The translations under genes were made by a program, and so were the position numbers. The notes beneath the pieces were generated by a model, which saw only the letters and a program-made list of their open reading frames with translations, was not told where the DNA came from and did no database searches. Of a stretch of DNA of 64,000 bases, positions 21,337 to 30,341 are shown piece by piece; position 1 is the first letter of the stretch; every line of letters starts with the position of its first letter. Source of the stretch: an uncultured Bacteroidota bacterium (GTDB taxonomy: Bacteria > Bacteroidota > Bacteroidia > Bacteroidales > CG2-30-32-10); assembly GCA_963831005.1 (NCBI GenBank), contig CAWHOW010000019.1:250000-313999 (forward strand), in the 5' to 3' direction.

Positions 21337-24300
21337 TCAGTTTATTTTAAACTTTATTTCAGGAATGCCCGCGATAACCTTAAGGAAGTCTGATGAATCC
21401 ACTTTATGCTTTCTTGCAGGCAGTTCAATGGAGATGTTCTCCAGCGTATCAAACACAGCAAACCTGATGTTGCAGTTGCCCGATTTCTTTTTCATTGATT
21501 TAGAGATACGGTCGATAAGTTCCTCTGTTATATCAGCTAGCGCAAGCTTCAATGTGATATCATTCACACATTTCTTCAATACTTCCGAAAGCAATCCAAT
21601 ATTGGTTATTTTTATCTCCAGCACCTCGGCGGAGCCATATTTTGGTTGCACCCTAGCTTTAATAAATAAGATAGCATCTTTATTCAGGAAATGTTTAAAC
21701 TTCAGGTAATCCTCCGAGAACAAAGCCAGTTGTATAGTTCCGTCGTAATCTTCAATAGTGAAATTACCAAACGGGTTTCCTGTTTTTGTTGTTTTATGAT
21801 TTACAGAAGTGACGATACCTGCAAAAATAAGCTCCCTGCTTTTAAGCTTTTTTGTATCATCGAGGTCGTTGATTTTTATATTGCAGAAATTCTCTATTTC
21901 TATCCTGTAATCTTCCAGTGGATGCCCTGAAATATAGATGCCTGTTACTTCCCTTTCCTTGTTCAGTAATTCCATTTTCGACCATTCTTCGCATTCGGGA
22001 AGTTTAGGATCAGGTATTACAACGTCATCTGACTCGCCAAATAAAGAATGCTGGGTAGATGAATTTTTGCCAGCAAGAATATTGGCATGTTTGATCACTT
22101 TATCAAGAAAAGTAGTGTCCTCGTTATCTTCCTTATGCAGATATTGCGCCCTATGCGAATCTTTAAAACCATCATAAGCCCCTGCCATAGCAAGCGCTTC
22201 GAGACAGCGTTTATTGCACGAACGAAGATTAACGCGTTTAGCCACATCGAAAATACTTTTGTATGCGCCGTTTTCCTTGCGCTCAGTAACTAAAGCTTCA
22301 ACGGCAGCTTCGCCAACGCCTTTAACAGCGCCCAACCCGAAACGTATAGCGCCTTTATCATTCACTACAAACTTAAACTGGCTTTCGTTCACATCAGGAC
22401 CAAGAACAGGAATACCGGCACGTTTGCATTCGTCCATATAGAATGTAACTTTCTTGATGTCGTTTAAGTTTCGTGTAAGCACGGCAGCCATATATTCTGC
22501 AGGGTAGTGTGCTTTTAAATATGCAGTTTGATATGCAATAACAGAATAGGCAGCAGAGTGTGAACGGTTAAATCCGTAAGAAGCGAATTTCTCCATTACT
22601 GCAAAAACAGCATCGGCATTTTCCTTATCCACTCCTTTTTCTAATGCACCTTTGAGAAATTTTACTTTCTCTTTTTCCATTACATCAATCTTCTTCTTAC
22701 CCATCGCTTTCCTGAGCAAATCAGCAGCGCCAAGCGAATAACCTGCCATGATCTGCGCCGTTTGCATGATCTGTTCCTGGTAAACCATGATGCCATAGGT
22801 GGGTTTCAACAGCTCTTCAAGCCATTTGTGTGGGTATTCAACAGCTTCCCTACCCAGTTTACGATTAATGAATAAAGGAATGTAATCCATAGGGCCCGGG
22901 CGATACAATGCGTTCATCGCTATAAGGTCTTCTATGTCGGTTGGCTTAAGTTCTTTTAAATGATTCCGCATTCCTTCCGACTCGAACTGGAAAGTGCCAA
23001 CCGTATCCCCCTTTTGATATAGCTTGTAAGTGAGTTCATCATCCAAAGGAATAGTATCAATATCTATCTTTTTCTTATGACGGATCTCAATATTTTCTAT
23101 TGCATCTTTAATAATGGAAAGAGTCTTCAGCCCGAGGAAATCCATTTTCAGCATACCTACATAATCAACCTGCTCGCCCTCATATTGGGTTACCATCAGG
23201 TCGGTATCTTTGGCTGAACTTAGAGGGAGATGCTCCATCAGATTATCTTTCCCTATAATAATTCCGCAGGCATGAACTCCGGTATGCCTTATGGAACCTT
23301 CAAGTTGAGCTGCGTATTTAAGAGTGTCCTTGATAAGCTGTGTTCCTTTTTCCTTGGCTTCCTTTAATTCAGGGACATCAGCAAATGCTTTTTTTAATGT
23401 CATATCAGCAGCAAAAGGGACAAGTTTAGCCAGTCTGTCAGCCTCTGCTAACGGAAGTTTAAGCACTCTTGCCACATCGCGTATGGCCGATTTTGCAGCC
23501 ATAGTGCCAAATGTGATTATTTGCGCAACTTTTTCCTTACCATACTTTAATACAACATATTCCTTTACCTTTTCTCTGCCATCATCATCAAAGTCCACGT
23601 CTATATCAGGCATGGAAGGCCTTTCTGGATTAAGAAAACGTTCGAAAAGAAGATTATATTTCAATGGATCAATGCCAGTGATACCGATGCAGAATGCTAC
23701 CGCCGAGCCTGCTGCCGAACCACGACCGGGTCCTACAGCCACTCCCATTTTCTTTGCTTCGTTGATATAATCCTGCACGATGAGGAAATATCCGGCGAAG
23801 CCTTTATTTTCAATTACCTCAAGTTCGTAGCGCAGCCTTTCTTTTACGTCCTCATTTACTTCAGGATAAACCTTTTCAGCTCCTTCGTAAGCAAGGTGTG
23901 CAAGAAATTCATTTTCATCTTTAAAGTCTTCAGGTATAGGAAAGGCAGGCAATATCACGTCATGAAATAAATCGTACTCTTCAATCTTATCAACTATTTC
24001 CTGTGTATTTGCAAGTGCTTCGGGATAAAATTCAAATAGTTTCGCCATTTCTTCCGGCGACCGCAGGTATTCAAAGCCAGTATATTTCATCCTCTTTGGA
24101 TCATCGTAATCCTTACCGGTATTGAGGCATACGAGTATGTCGTGCGCTTTAGAATCATCTGCATTTACAAAATGGGCATCATTGGTTGCGATAAGTTTAA
24201 TATTGAATTTTTCAGCTAACCGCAGCAGCACTTTATTTACTTCCTGTTGTTCCGGAAGCCCGTGATCCATCATTTCAAGGTATAGGTCTTCACCAAAAAT

Positions 24301-24795
24301 ATCATAATACTCTTTAATCGCTTCCTCAGCTTTCGCTTCGCTTTGATGCAGGATGTTATAAGCAATTTCGCCGCCAAGGCAGGCAGTTGATGCAATAAGT
24401 CCTTCGTGGTATTCCCTCAGCAATTCCTTATCAACGCGAGGTGTATAATAAAAGGCTTCTTTTTGAAATGCCAGGGAACAAAGACGCGAGAGGTTTTTGT
24501 AGCCTTCGTAATTCTTTGCCAATAAAATTAAATGATAACCGCTTCTGTCCTCTCTTCCTTTCTTTTCGAACCTGCTCCCATCGGCTACATACATCTCGCA
24601 GCCTATTAAAGGTTTTACCCCACTGCTCCTTGCTGCTTTTAAGAACTCCAGAACGCCAAACATATTACCATGATCGGTAATTGCAAGTGATTTCATCCCG
24701 TATTCCTTTACCTTGCTCATTAAGGTTTTAATGTCGCACTGCCCGTCGAGGATAGAATACTGAGTGTGTACGTGTAAATGTGTAAAGTCGGGCAT
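21337..24795 (-). CDS. dnaE: DNA polymerase III alpha subunit
   Basis: 1152 aa. It has an N-terminal PHP domain (MPDFTHLHVHTQYSILDG) and the polymerase core (GVHACGIII, NRSHSAAY). Confidence 0.95.
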   Translation of the reverse strand: MPDFTHLHVHTQYSILDGQCDIKTLMSKVKEYGMKSLAITDHGNMFGVLEFLKAARSSGVKPLIGCEMYVADGSRFEKKGREDRSGYHLILLAKNYEGYKNLSRLCSLAFQKEAFYYTPRVDKELLREYHEGLIASTACLGGEIAYNILHQSEAKAEEAIKEYYDIFGEDLYLEMMDHGLPEQQEVNKVLLRLAEKFNIKLIATNDAHFVNADDSKAHDILVCLNTGKDYDDPKRMKYTGFEYLRSPEEMAKLFEFYPEALANTQEIVDKIEEYDLFHDVILPAFPIPEDFKDENEFLAHLAYEGAEKVYPEVNEDVKERLRYELEVIENKGFAGYFLIVQDYINEAKKMGVAVGPGRGSAAGSAVAFCIGITGIDPLKYNLLFERFLNPERPSMPDIDVDFDDDGREKVKEYVVLKYGKEKVAQIITFGTMAAKSAIRDVARVLKLPLAEADRLAKLVPFAADMTLKKAFADVPELKEAKEKGTQLIKDTLKYAAQLEGSIRHTGVHACGIIIGKDNLMEHLPLSSAKDTDLMVTQYEGEQVDYVGMLKMDFLGLKTLSIIKDAIENIEIRHKKKIDIDTIPLDDELTYKLYQKGDTVGTFQFESEGMRNHLKELKPTDIEDLIAMNALYRPGPMDYIPLFINRKLGREAVEYPHKWLEELLKPTYGIMVYQEQIMQTAQIMAGYSLGAADLLRKAMGKKKIDVMEKEKVKFLKGALEKGVDKENADAVFAVMEKFASYGFNRSHSAAYSVIAYQTAYLKAHYPAEYMAAVLTRNLNDIKKVTFYMDECKRAGIPVLGPDVNESQFKFVVNDKGAIRFGLGAVKGVGEAAVEALVTERKENGAYKSIFDVAKRVNLRSCNKRCLEALAMAGAYDGFKDSHRAQYLHKEDNEDTTFLDKVIKHANILAGKNSSTQHSLFGESDDVVIPDPKLPECEEWSKMELLNKEREVTGIYISGHPLEDYRIEIENFCNIKINDLDDTKKLKSRELIFAGIVTSVNHKTTKTGNPFGNFTIEDYDGTIQLALFSEDYLKFKHFLNKDAILFIKARVQPKYGSAEVLEIKITNIGLLSEVLKKCVNDITLKLALADITEELIDRISKSMKKKSGNCNIRFAVFDTLENISIELPARKHKVDSSDFLKVIAGIPEIKFKIN

Positions 24796-25057
24796 GTATG
24801 TTAGTTAAAAAGGAAAGTAAAACGAGTAAATTTAACTTGGTAAAGTTAATTCAAAAGAAACAATAAAATATGACTGTTGATAAAAAAAACATATTTCCCT
24901 ATTAGCATGGGAATGACGGTTGTTGAAAAAAACAATTAATTTTTATAGTTCTTAGTTGTTTAAAAGTCAATTATTTTTATAAATACTTTTGAAAATCAAA
25001 AAAATATCGGATATTTGCACCCCAAAATAAATTTTTAACAACAATTAAATCTAATTT

Positions 25058-25612
25058 ATGGCAACAAGAATGAGATTACAAAGATATGGAAAGAAAGGAC
25101 AGCCTTACTACCATATTGTAATTGCGGATGGTCGGGCACCACGTGACGGAGGATTTATTGAAAGGATCGGATCGTATAACCCACTTACCATACCCGCAAC
25201 AATTGACCTTGATATGGATAAAGCGCTTGCATGGCTTCAAAAAGGAGCAAGTCCTTCGGACACTGCAAAAGCTATCCTGTCGTACAAAGGTATTTTGTAC
25301 AAGAACCATTTATTAAAAGGCGTTGCAAAAGGCGCTCTTACCACTGAAGCAGCAGAAGCTAAATTCCAGCTTTGGTTAACTGAAAAACAGGCAAAGATCA
25401 GCAGTAAAGTAAATCAGAAAGCACAGGATTCAAAGTCGGAAATAAAGAAAAAACTTGAAGCCGAAGCTAAAGTGAATGAGGAAAGAGAAGCTGTAATTGC
25501 CAAGAAACGTGCTAAATTACTTGAAAAAGAAGAAAAAGCGGCCGATGCTGAAGAAGTAGCTGCCCAGGAACCTGAACAACAACAGGCTGAAGAACCTAAA
25601 ACAGAAGCATAG
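25058..25612 (+). CDS. rpsP: 30S ribosomal protein S16 with a long Lys/Glu/Ala-rich C-terminal extension
   Basis: The N-terminal 80 aa read MATRMRLQRYGKKGQPYYHIVIADGRAPRDGGFIERIGSYNP, matching the S16 family. Extended charged tails are common in Bacteroidota S16. Confidence 0.9.
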   Translation: MATRMRLQRYGKKGQPYYHIVIADGRAPRDGGFIERIGSYNPLTIPATIDLDMDKALAWLQKGASPSDTAKAILSYKGILYKNHLLKGVAKGALTTEAAEAKFQLWLTEKQAKISSKVNQKAQDSKSEIKKKLEAEAKVNEEREAVIAKKRAKLLEKEEKAADAEEVAAQEPEQQQAEEPKTEA

Positions 25613-25625
25613 TTTTTCTTCGCCG

Positions 25626-26156
25626 ATGAAAAGAGAAGAATGCTATCATCTGGGATATTTCTCTAAAATTCACGGTTTCAAAGGCGAACTTATACTTCTT
25701 TCAAGAGAAGAAATTTCTCTGAACCTAAACGAACTGGAATCAGTTTTCATTGAGATCAATGGTCAACTGATTCCTTTTTTTATTGATGCTATTAGCCAGT
25801 CAGGGGCATCCTCAATAATCATTAAGTTCCAAGATATTGATAATGCAGTTAAGGCGCAGCAATATTTAAAATGCAATGTCTTTATACCTTTATCTTCTTT
25901 ACCCAAGCCAAAGAAGAAGGAAATAACTTTTAAGGATCTTGTCGGGTTTAAGGTAATTGATGACTCTTATGGTGAAATAGGCGAGGTGATCAATGTAATG
26001 GAAATGCCACAGCAGCTTATACTCGAAATTAAAAAAGGAACAAAAGAGATATTGATACCTGCTAACGAAAATATCATCCATAAGATTGATAAGAAGAAAA
26101 AAACAATTCTTATTGATGCTCCCGATGGATTAATTGACATCTACCTAAATCAATGA
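25626..26156 (+). CDS. rimM: Ribosome maturation factor RimM
   Basis: It has the conserved G(F/I)KGE core (LGYFSKIHGFKGELILL), a PRC-barrel C-terminal domain, and the usual position after rpsP. Confidence 0.8.
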   Translation: MKREECYHLGYFSKIHGFKGELILLSREEISLNLNELESVFIEINGQLIPFFIDAISQSGASSIIIKFQDIDNAVKAQQYLKCNVFIPLSSLPKPKKKEITFKDLVGFKVIDDSYGEIGEVINVMEMPQQLILEIKKGTKEILIPANENIIHKIDKKKKTILIDAPDGLIDIYLNQ

Positions 26157-26177
26157 TAATACTAAAGGTTAATAAGA

Positions 26178-26282
26178 ATAGTCAGACTGAGGAGCCCTTC
26201 CTTCGTCAGGATAAACTCCGCGTCTCGAAGTCTGGCATTCGAAAGTCTCACTTCGAGACGAGGCTCCGCCTCTCCTCAGTGT
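26178..26282. repeat. Nested inverted-repeat element: outer gactgaggag..ctcctcagtg, inner cgtctcgaagt..acttcgagacg
   Basis: Nested palindromes are visible directly in the rimM-trmN6 intergenic space. Confidence 0.6.
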
Positions 26283-26323
26283 GACCGAAATGTAAGGTAT
26301 AATCAAATTGGCATTATCCTCAA

Positions 26324-27028
26324 ATGAGCTTCCAGTTCAAACAGTTCAGCATTAACGATTCCCAGTGTGCCATGAAAATAGGTACAGATGGATGTTTGCT
26401 TGGCGCATGGGCTGATGTTGAAGGTTCTACTTCCATACTTGATATAGGCACCGGCAGCGGAGTTATTGCCCTTATGCTGGCGCAGCGAAGCGATGCATTG
26501 ATAACGGCTGTTGAAATTGATAAGGATGCTTACCAACAGGCTGAGGAAAATTTTAGAAACAGTCCGTGGCGAAAGCGACTAACAGTTGTTCATTCTTCCA
26601 TACAAGAGTATATTAAGGTTTGCGAACACAAATACGACCTTATTGTTTGCTGTCCTCCTTATTTTATCAACTCGCTTAAGACAAATGATAAAAAACGAAG
26701 GCTTGCACGCCATACTGATTCGCTGTCGTTTGAAGAACTTCTTTCGGGCTCATTACGATTATTATGCCACGGAGGCAAGTTCAGCACTATATTGCCATCC
26801 GGCATTGTTCCGCATTTTTGCGAACTGGCGCTTATTGAAGGATATTATATTACCAAGGTTACCGATGTTGAACCCAAAGCAGGGGCAAAGCCCAACCGCA
26901 AACTATTGCAACTGGAACGTACAAAGAAAAGCTGCAGCAACAGTGCTATTGCAATACTTGATAAAGAGGGAAAATCATACACCCCCGAATATAAAGAGCT
27001 GGCTAAGGAGTTTTATATAAATTTTTGA
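26324..27028 (+). CDS. trmN6: tRNA1(Val) (adenine37-N6)-methyltransferase
   Basis: It has FKQFSINDSQCAMKIGTDGCLLGAWA and the SAM-binding DIGTGSGVIALMLAQR. The catalytic NPPY-equivalent is CCPPYF. Confidence 0.8.
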   Translation: MSFQFKQFSINDSQCAMKIGTDGCLLGAWADVEGSTSILDIGTGSGVIALMLAQRSDALITAVEIDKDAYQQAEENFRNSPWRKRLTVVHSSIQEYIKVCEHKYDLIVCCPPYFINSLKTNDKKRRLARHTDSLSFEELLSGSLRLLCHGGKFSTILPSGIVPHFCELALIEGYYITKVTDVEPKAGAKPNRKLLQLERTKKSCSNSAIAILDKEGKSYTPEYKELAKEFYINF

Positions 27029-27045
27029 GAGCTTTTGAGTTTGGC

Positions 27046-27104
27046 AAAAAAAAAGGACTTCGTTTTCCCGCCTTGCCGGCGAGGCAGGTGCGAAGCCCTT
27101 TTTT
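27046..27104. terminator. Bidirectional rho-independent terminator between convergent trmN6 and a T9SS cargo gene
   Basis: An A9 run precedes a GC-rich hairpin (ggacttcg..ccgccttgccggcgaggcagg..cgaagccc), followed by a T6 run. Confidence 0.6.
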
Positions 27105-27209
27105 AGTGAATTAGATTGTTAGGAAATAGGTTATTGAGTTACCTTGCCTACCGGCAGGCAGGTTAGGTTATTAATATTTATAAGTTTTCCTATTTCACTA
27201 TTCCCTATT

Positions 27210-28760
27210 TCACTCCTTTATAAACTTCCTTACTTCCACCCCTTTTTCTGTCCTCACTTCTATAACATATACTCCGCTTGGATAGCTGGAAATATCAAAA
27301 CTTGTCTTTTTATTGTTTGTAACTAATGTGTTTATTAGCTGACCTTGCATATCGAAAACAGAAATTGTTTGTTCTTTAGTAAAATTAGAGTTTTCAATTG
27401 TAATAGTAGTATTAGCAGGGTTGGGATAAATAGAAATATTGTTTGAATTATTATTTATTTCATCTATTCCAACACTTGAAGTTGTACAAATGGTAGCAAG
27501 GATAGGGCTTGGTGAATTTACAACACCTGAAAAATGTCCGGTAGTAGAAGAAGCTGATGAATTTATTAAATTAGGACAAGCCATAAAAGCAGATGCAGTT
27601 GTTGAAGACATTAAATAAGGAATATCGCCATTACAGCTTATGCCACTTGAATCTGTTTTAATTAAATAAACATCCCCATTATGAGTTGAGTATTGACCCA
27701 CCATAACAAAACCATCATCTTTTGTTAATTGAAGGCAACCAAATGAACTGGCACCCCCCGTATTGTATTCTCTGGCAGAAATAACATTTCCCGTTCCAGT
27801 TATCTTAAGTAAATATTCAGTACTGGTTCCATTAACTATAATAGCCATATATTCGTCATTACTTGTTTGCTGAATTGAATTTACTGTTACAAGAGAACCA
27901 TATTGTTCATTCCAGGTTACATTTCCAGTACTATTAATTTTAAGAATATCAGCATAGGCATTACTTCCACCTTCATTAGTTCCCCCCAAAATATAACTAC
28001 CATCCATTGTTTGCTGAATTGAATTTACAAAACTATATGTACCTCCTCCACTGAAAGCGTATCTTTTTGACCATAAAGTATCACCGGCAGTATTTACTTT
28101 TAAAATATATCCATATGAATTACTCGAATTACTACCACAAGCAATATAATTACCATCGGAAGTTTGTAGAACTTGGCTTAGAGATGTAGCAGTATTAGCA
28201 CCATAAATTTTAGACCAAAGCACATTACCCAAATTATCAGTTTTTAATAAATAAGCACCAGGATAAGTTGCACCCATAAACTCCCCAGCTACAATAAAAC
28301 CACCATCATTAGTTTGTTTTACAGAATTAAAATAACTATTAGTTGCATAAGTCCTTGTCCAAAGAGTATCACCTGCAGAATTTGTCTTAATTAAAAAACC
28401 ATTATAATAAGTATAACTTGTACCAGTCATAACTATCCCTGCAATAATATAACCTAGCTGTCCTGTACAAATATCATTTGTTTGACTAACACACGTTGCA
28501 ACTTCATTATTTGTTCCACCATAAGTTTTATTCCATTGCATAATACCGTTTGAATCCGTTTTAACTAAATAGACATCTTGACCTGCACCTGCAATAAAAT
28601 TAGTAGCATAACCGGCAATAATATAACCATGATCGCTTGTTTGCTGAACATAGTTACCCATATCTGCATTTGCGCTTCCAAGGGTTTTTTGAAATTCTAA
28701 CTGTGCATTCACGCTCAAGCCGATAAAGGCGAGCATTACTAAGAATGTAATTCTCTTCAT
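27210..28760 (-). CDS. Secreted repeat protein with a T9SS (Por) C-terminal sorting domain
   Basis: It has a signal peptide (MKRITFLVMLAFIGLSVNAQ) and repeated roughly 45-aa G-D-x-LW-x-K/R-Y units. The C-terminal roughly 80 aa (ISIYPNPANTTITIEN..GVYVIEVRTEKGVEVRKFIKE) match the T9SS type A CTD. Confidence 0.75.
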   Translation of the reverse strand: MKRITFLVMLAFIGLSVNAQLEFQKTLGSANADMGNYVQQTSDHGYIIAGYATNFIAGAGQDVYLVKTDSNGIMQWNKTYGGTNNEVATCVSQTNDICTGQLGYIIAGIVMTGTSYTYYNGFLIKTNSAGDTLWTRTYATNSYFNSVKQTNDGGFIVAGEFMGATYPGAYLLKTDNLGNVLWSKIYGANTATSLSQVLQTSDGNYIACGSNSSNSYGYILKVNTAGDTLWSKRYAFSGGGTYSFVNSIQQTMDGSYILGGTNEGGSNAYADILKINSTGNVTWNEQYGSLVTVNSIQQTSNDEYMAIIVNGTSTEYLLKITGTGNVISAREYNTGGASSFGCLQLTKDDGFVMVGQYSTHNGDVYLIKTDSSGISCNGDIPYLMSSTTASAFMACPNLINSSASSTTGHFSGVVNSPSPILATICTTSSVGIDEINNNSNNISIYPNPANTTITIENSNFTKEQTISVFDMQGQLINTLVTNNKKTSFDISSYPSGVYVIEVRTEKGVEVRKFIKE

Positions 28761-28889
28761 AGTTTACGTTTTAAAATTGTTAATTGTTATTAAGTTATTT
28801 ATTCTATACTATAAATAGGATATTAGCCCAAAATTAAGCCCCAAATTCAAAGAGTTTCTTCTTGGGGCTTGGAGCTTGGTTCTTGGGAC

Positions 28890-29639
28890 TTAATAAATCG
28901 CAGCCACCACTTTAATAATATCCGATTGCATGCCTACGGGCTTATCTTTTTCAAAATATTGCAATTTGTACATGCGTGTTTCGGGCTGTGTTCCGGCATT
29001 TTTACGGGTATCAACAAATGGCGAATAATTGTATCGCCCATACTCAACAAAGTTAATGGCTGCTTCGGCATCAACCTTTGAGTTTGCTGCAGGGGCGACT
29101 GCAGGGGCGTTTACATAAACAATAATGCCATCTGCATCGCCCTTTACCCATTTAATTTTAATTTCTGTAGCGCTGTTTTCAACCACTTTGGCTTCGGGTT
29201 TAAGTATAGTTTTTTCCAAAGGAGTAATGTCGCCTGCTGTTTTGCCGGGGGCAATAATTTTTAAAGCCTGACCAATGGCTACATCATAATTCGGACTGTT
29301 TTTAATTAACTGAACTGTGCTTTCTATTCTTGAAATAATTCCTGCCGGAACCTGTACCGGTGTAGCGGGCAGGGTGGGCAAACCAGGATAATTGGTAATA
29401 ACTGTACCAATTTTTCCTTTTAACAGGGTGTTTTTATACTCTGTACGCTGGTGCAACTCAGCTTTAAACGTATCTTCCATATCGAGCAGGTATTTACATG
29501 CCAGATAGTCGTTTTCGATAGCTGTTATTTGAGCGGGTGTTAGCCCCAGGCTTGCGCCTATGGCTTGTAAGCGCTGTGAAAAGTTATACATCCAGCCTTC
29601 AATTTCTCTTTCGCCATTTGGCAGATAATGATAGTCCAT
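28890..29639 (-). CDS. Hypothetical protein
   Basis: 249-aa ORF with normal composition and no recognisable motif. Confidence 0.45.
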   Translation of the reverse strand: MDYHYLPNGEREIEGWMYNFSQRLQAIGASLGLTPAQITAIENDYLACKYLLDMEDTFKAELHQRTEYKNTLLKGKIGTVITNYPGLPTLPATPVQVPAGIISRIESTVQLIKNSPNYDVAIGQALKIIAPGKTAGDITPLEKTILKPEAKVVENSATEIKIKWVKGDADGIIVYVNAPAVAPAANSKVDAEAAINFVEYGRYNYSPFVDTRKNAGTQPETRMYKLQYFEKDKPVGMQSDIIKVVAAIY

Positions 29640-29734
29640 GTTTTTTTATTTTTTTAGTTAATACTTGCCGGCACTATTGCAGGCTTAATTTATTTGGTTT
29701 AATACATAAACACTTCGGTATATTTTTAAAGTAT

Positions 29735-29829
29735 GGGACTAAAGTCCCCGATGATAGCTGGATTTATCCATAACCCCAGACTTAAGTCTGGGGTTATGCA
29801 AACAGCCTTCAAATATTGGGCTTTAGCCC
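29735..29829. repeat. Three-hairpin intergenic module: gggacTAAAgtccc, ataaccccagacTTAAgtctggggttat, gggcTTTAgccc
   Basis: It has the same architecture and roughly 20-nt spacing as the modules at 5101..5153 and 21222..21314. Confidence 0.7.
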
Positions 29830-29904
29830 TGAAAAGTATCATCATATTAAAAAAATTACTGAACTATTGATACATAAGCATAAGGTAATTTGTTCCCTGC
29901 AACA

Positions 29905-30278
29905 CTCCCCGCAGCAATTGCCAAACAGTTCCACGCACATGCGTAGCCCTTCCACGCATAGGGATAACTCTTCGCAGCAACTGCTAAACTGTTCCACGCA
30001 TAGGGATAACTCCCCGCAGCAATTGCCAAACAGTTCCACGCACATGCGTAGCCCTTCCACGCATAGGGATAACTCTTCGCAGCAACTGCTAAACTGTTCC
30101 ACGCACAGGGGAAACTCTTCGCGGCAACTGCTAAACTGTTCGCAGCAACTGCTAAACTGTTCCACGCACATGCGTACATCTTCGCGGCAACTGCTAAACT
30201 GTTCGTGGAAACTGCTAAACTGTTCCACGCACAGGGGAAACTCTTCGCGGCAACTGCTAAACTGTTCGTGGAAACTTC
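29905..30278. repeat. Complex tandem repeat (minisatellite-like): a roughly 106-bp unit twice, then a roughly 63-bp related unit about 2.5 times, built from a roughly 21-bp core cagcaactgctaaactgttcc(acgca)
   Basis: Near-identical long units are visible directly. ORFs 29816..30283(+), 29842..30228(-) and 29856..30179(-) are repeat translations. Confidence 0.85.
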
Positions 30279-30341
30279 AATGAACCCCGATGCAAAATAT
30301 TTATTACTGTAAGCGGATGCCAGACCACAGTGGTAAACGGT

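Noticed and set aside
21365-24680. Multiple 60-150-aa ORFs antisense to dnaE, and similar ones inside valS, purL and the T9SS genes
   Set aside because: They are embedded in and antisense to well-supported long genes, have no independent signals, and are ORF-finder noise.
25076-25316. ORFs 25076..25309(-) and 25122..25316(+) overlapping rpsP
   Set aside because: They are out-of-frame or antisense within the highly conserved S16 coding sequence and are not credible genes.
27040-27180. GC-rich hairpins between trmN6 and the T9SS gene as a possible repeat element
   Set aside because: An A-run plus hairpin plus T-run between convergent genes is adequately explained as a bidirectional intrinsic terminator.
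29816-30283. ORFs 29816..30283(+), 29842..30228(-), 29856..30179(-), with repetitive QLLNCSTH / AWNSLAVAAKSYPYAWKGYACAWN peptides
   Set aside because: They are translations of the minisatellite in three frames and strands. Periodic peptide repeats mirror the DNA repeat. Treated as non-coding.
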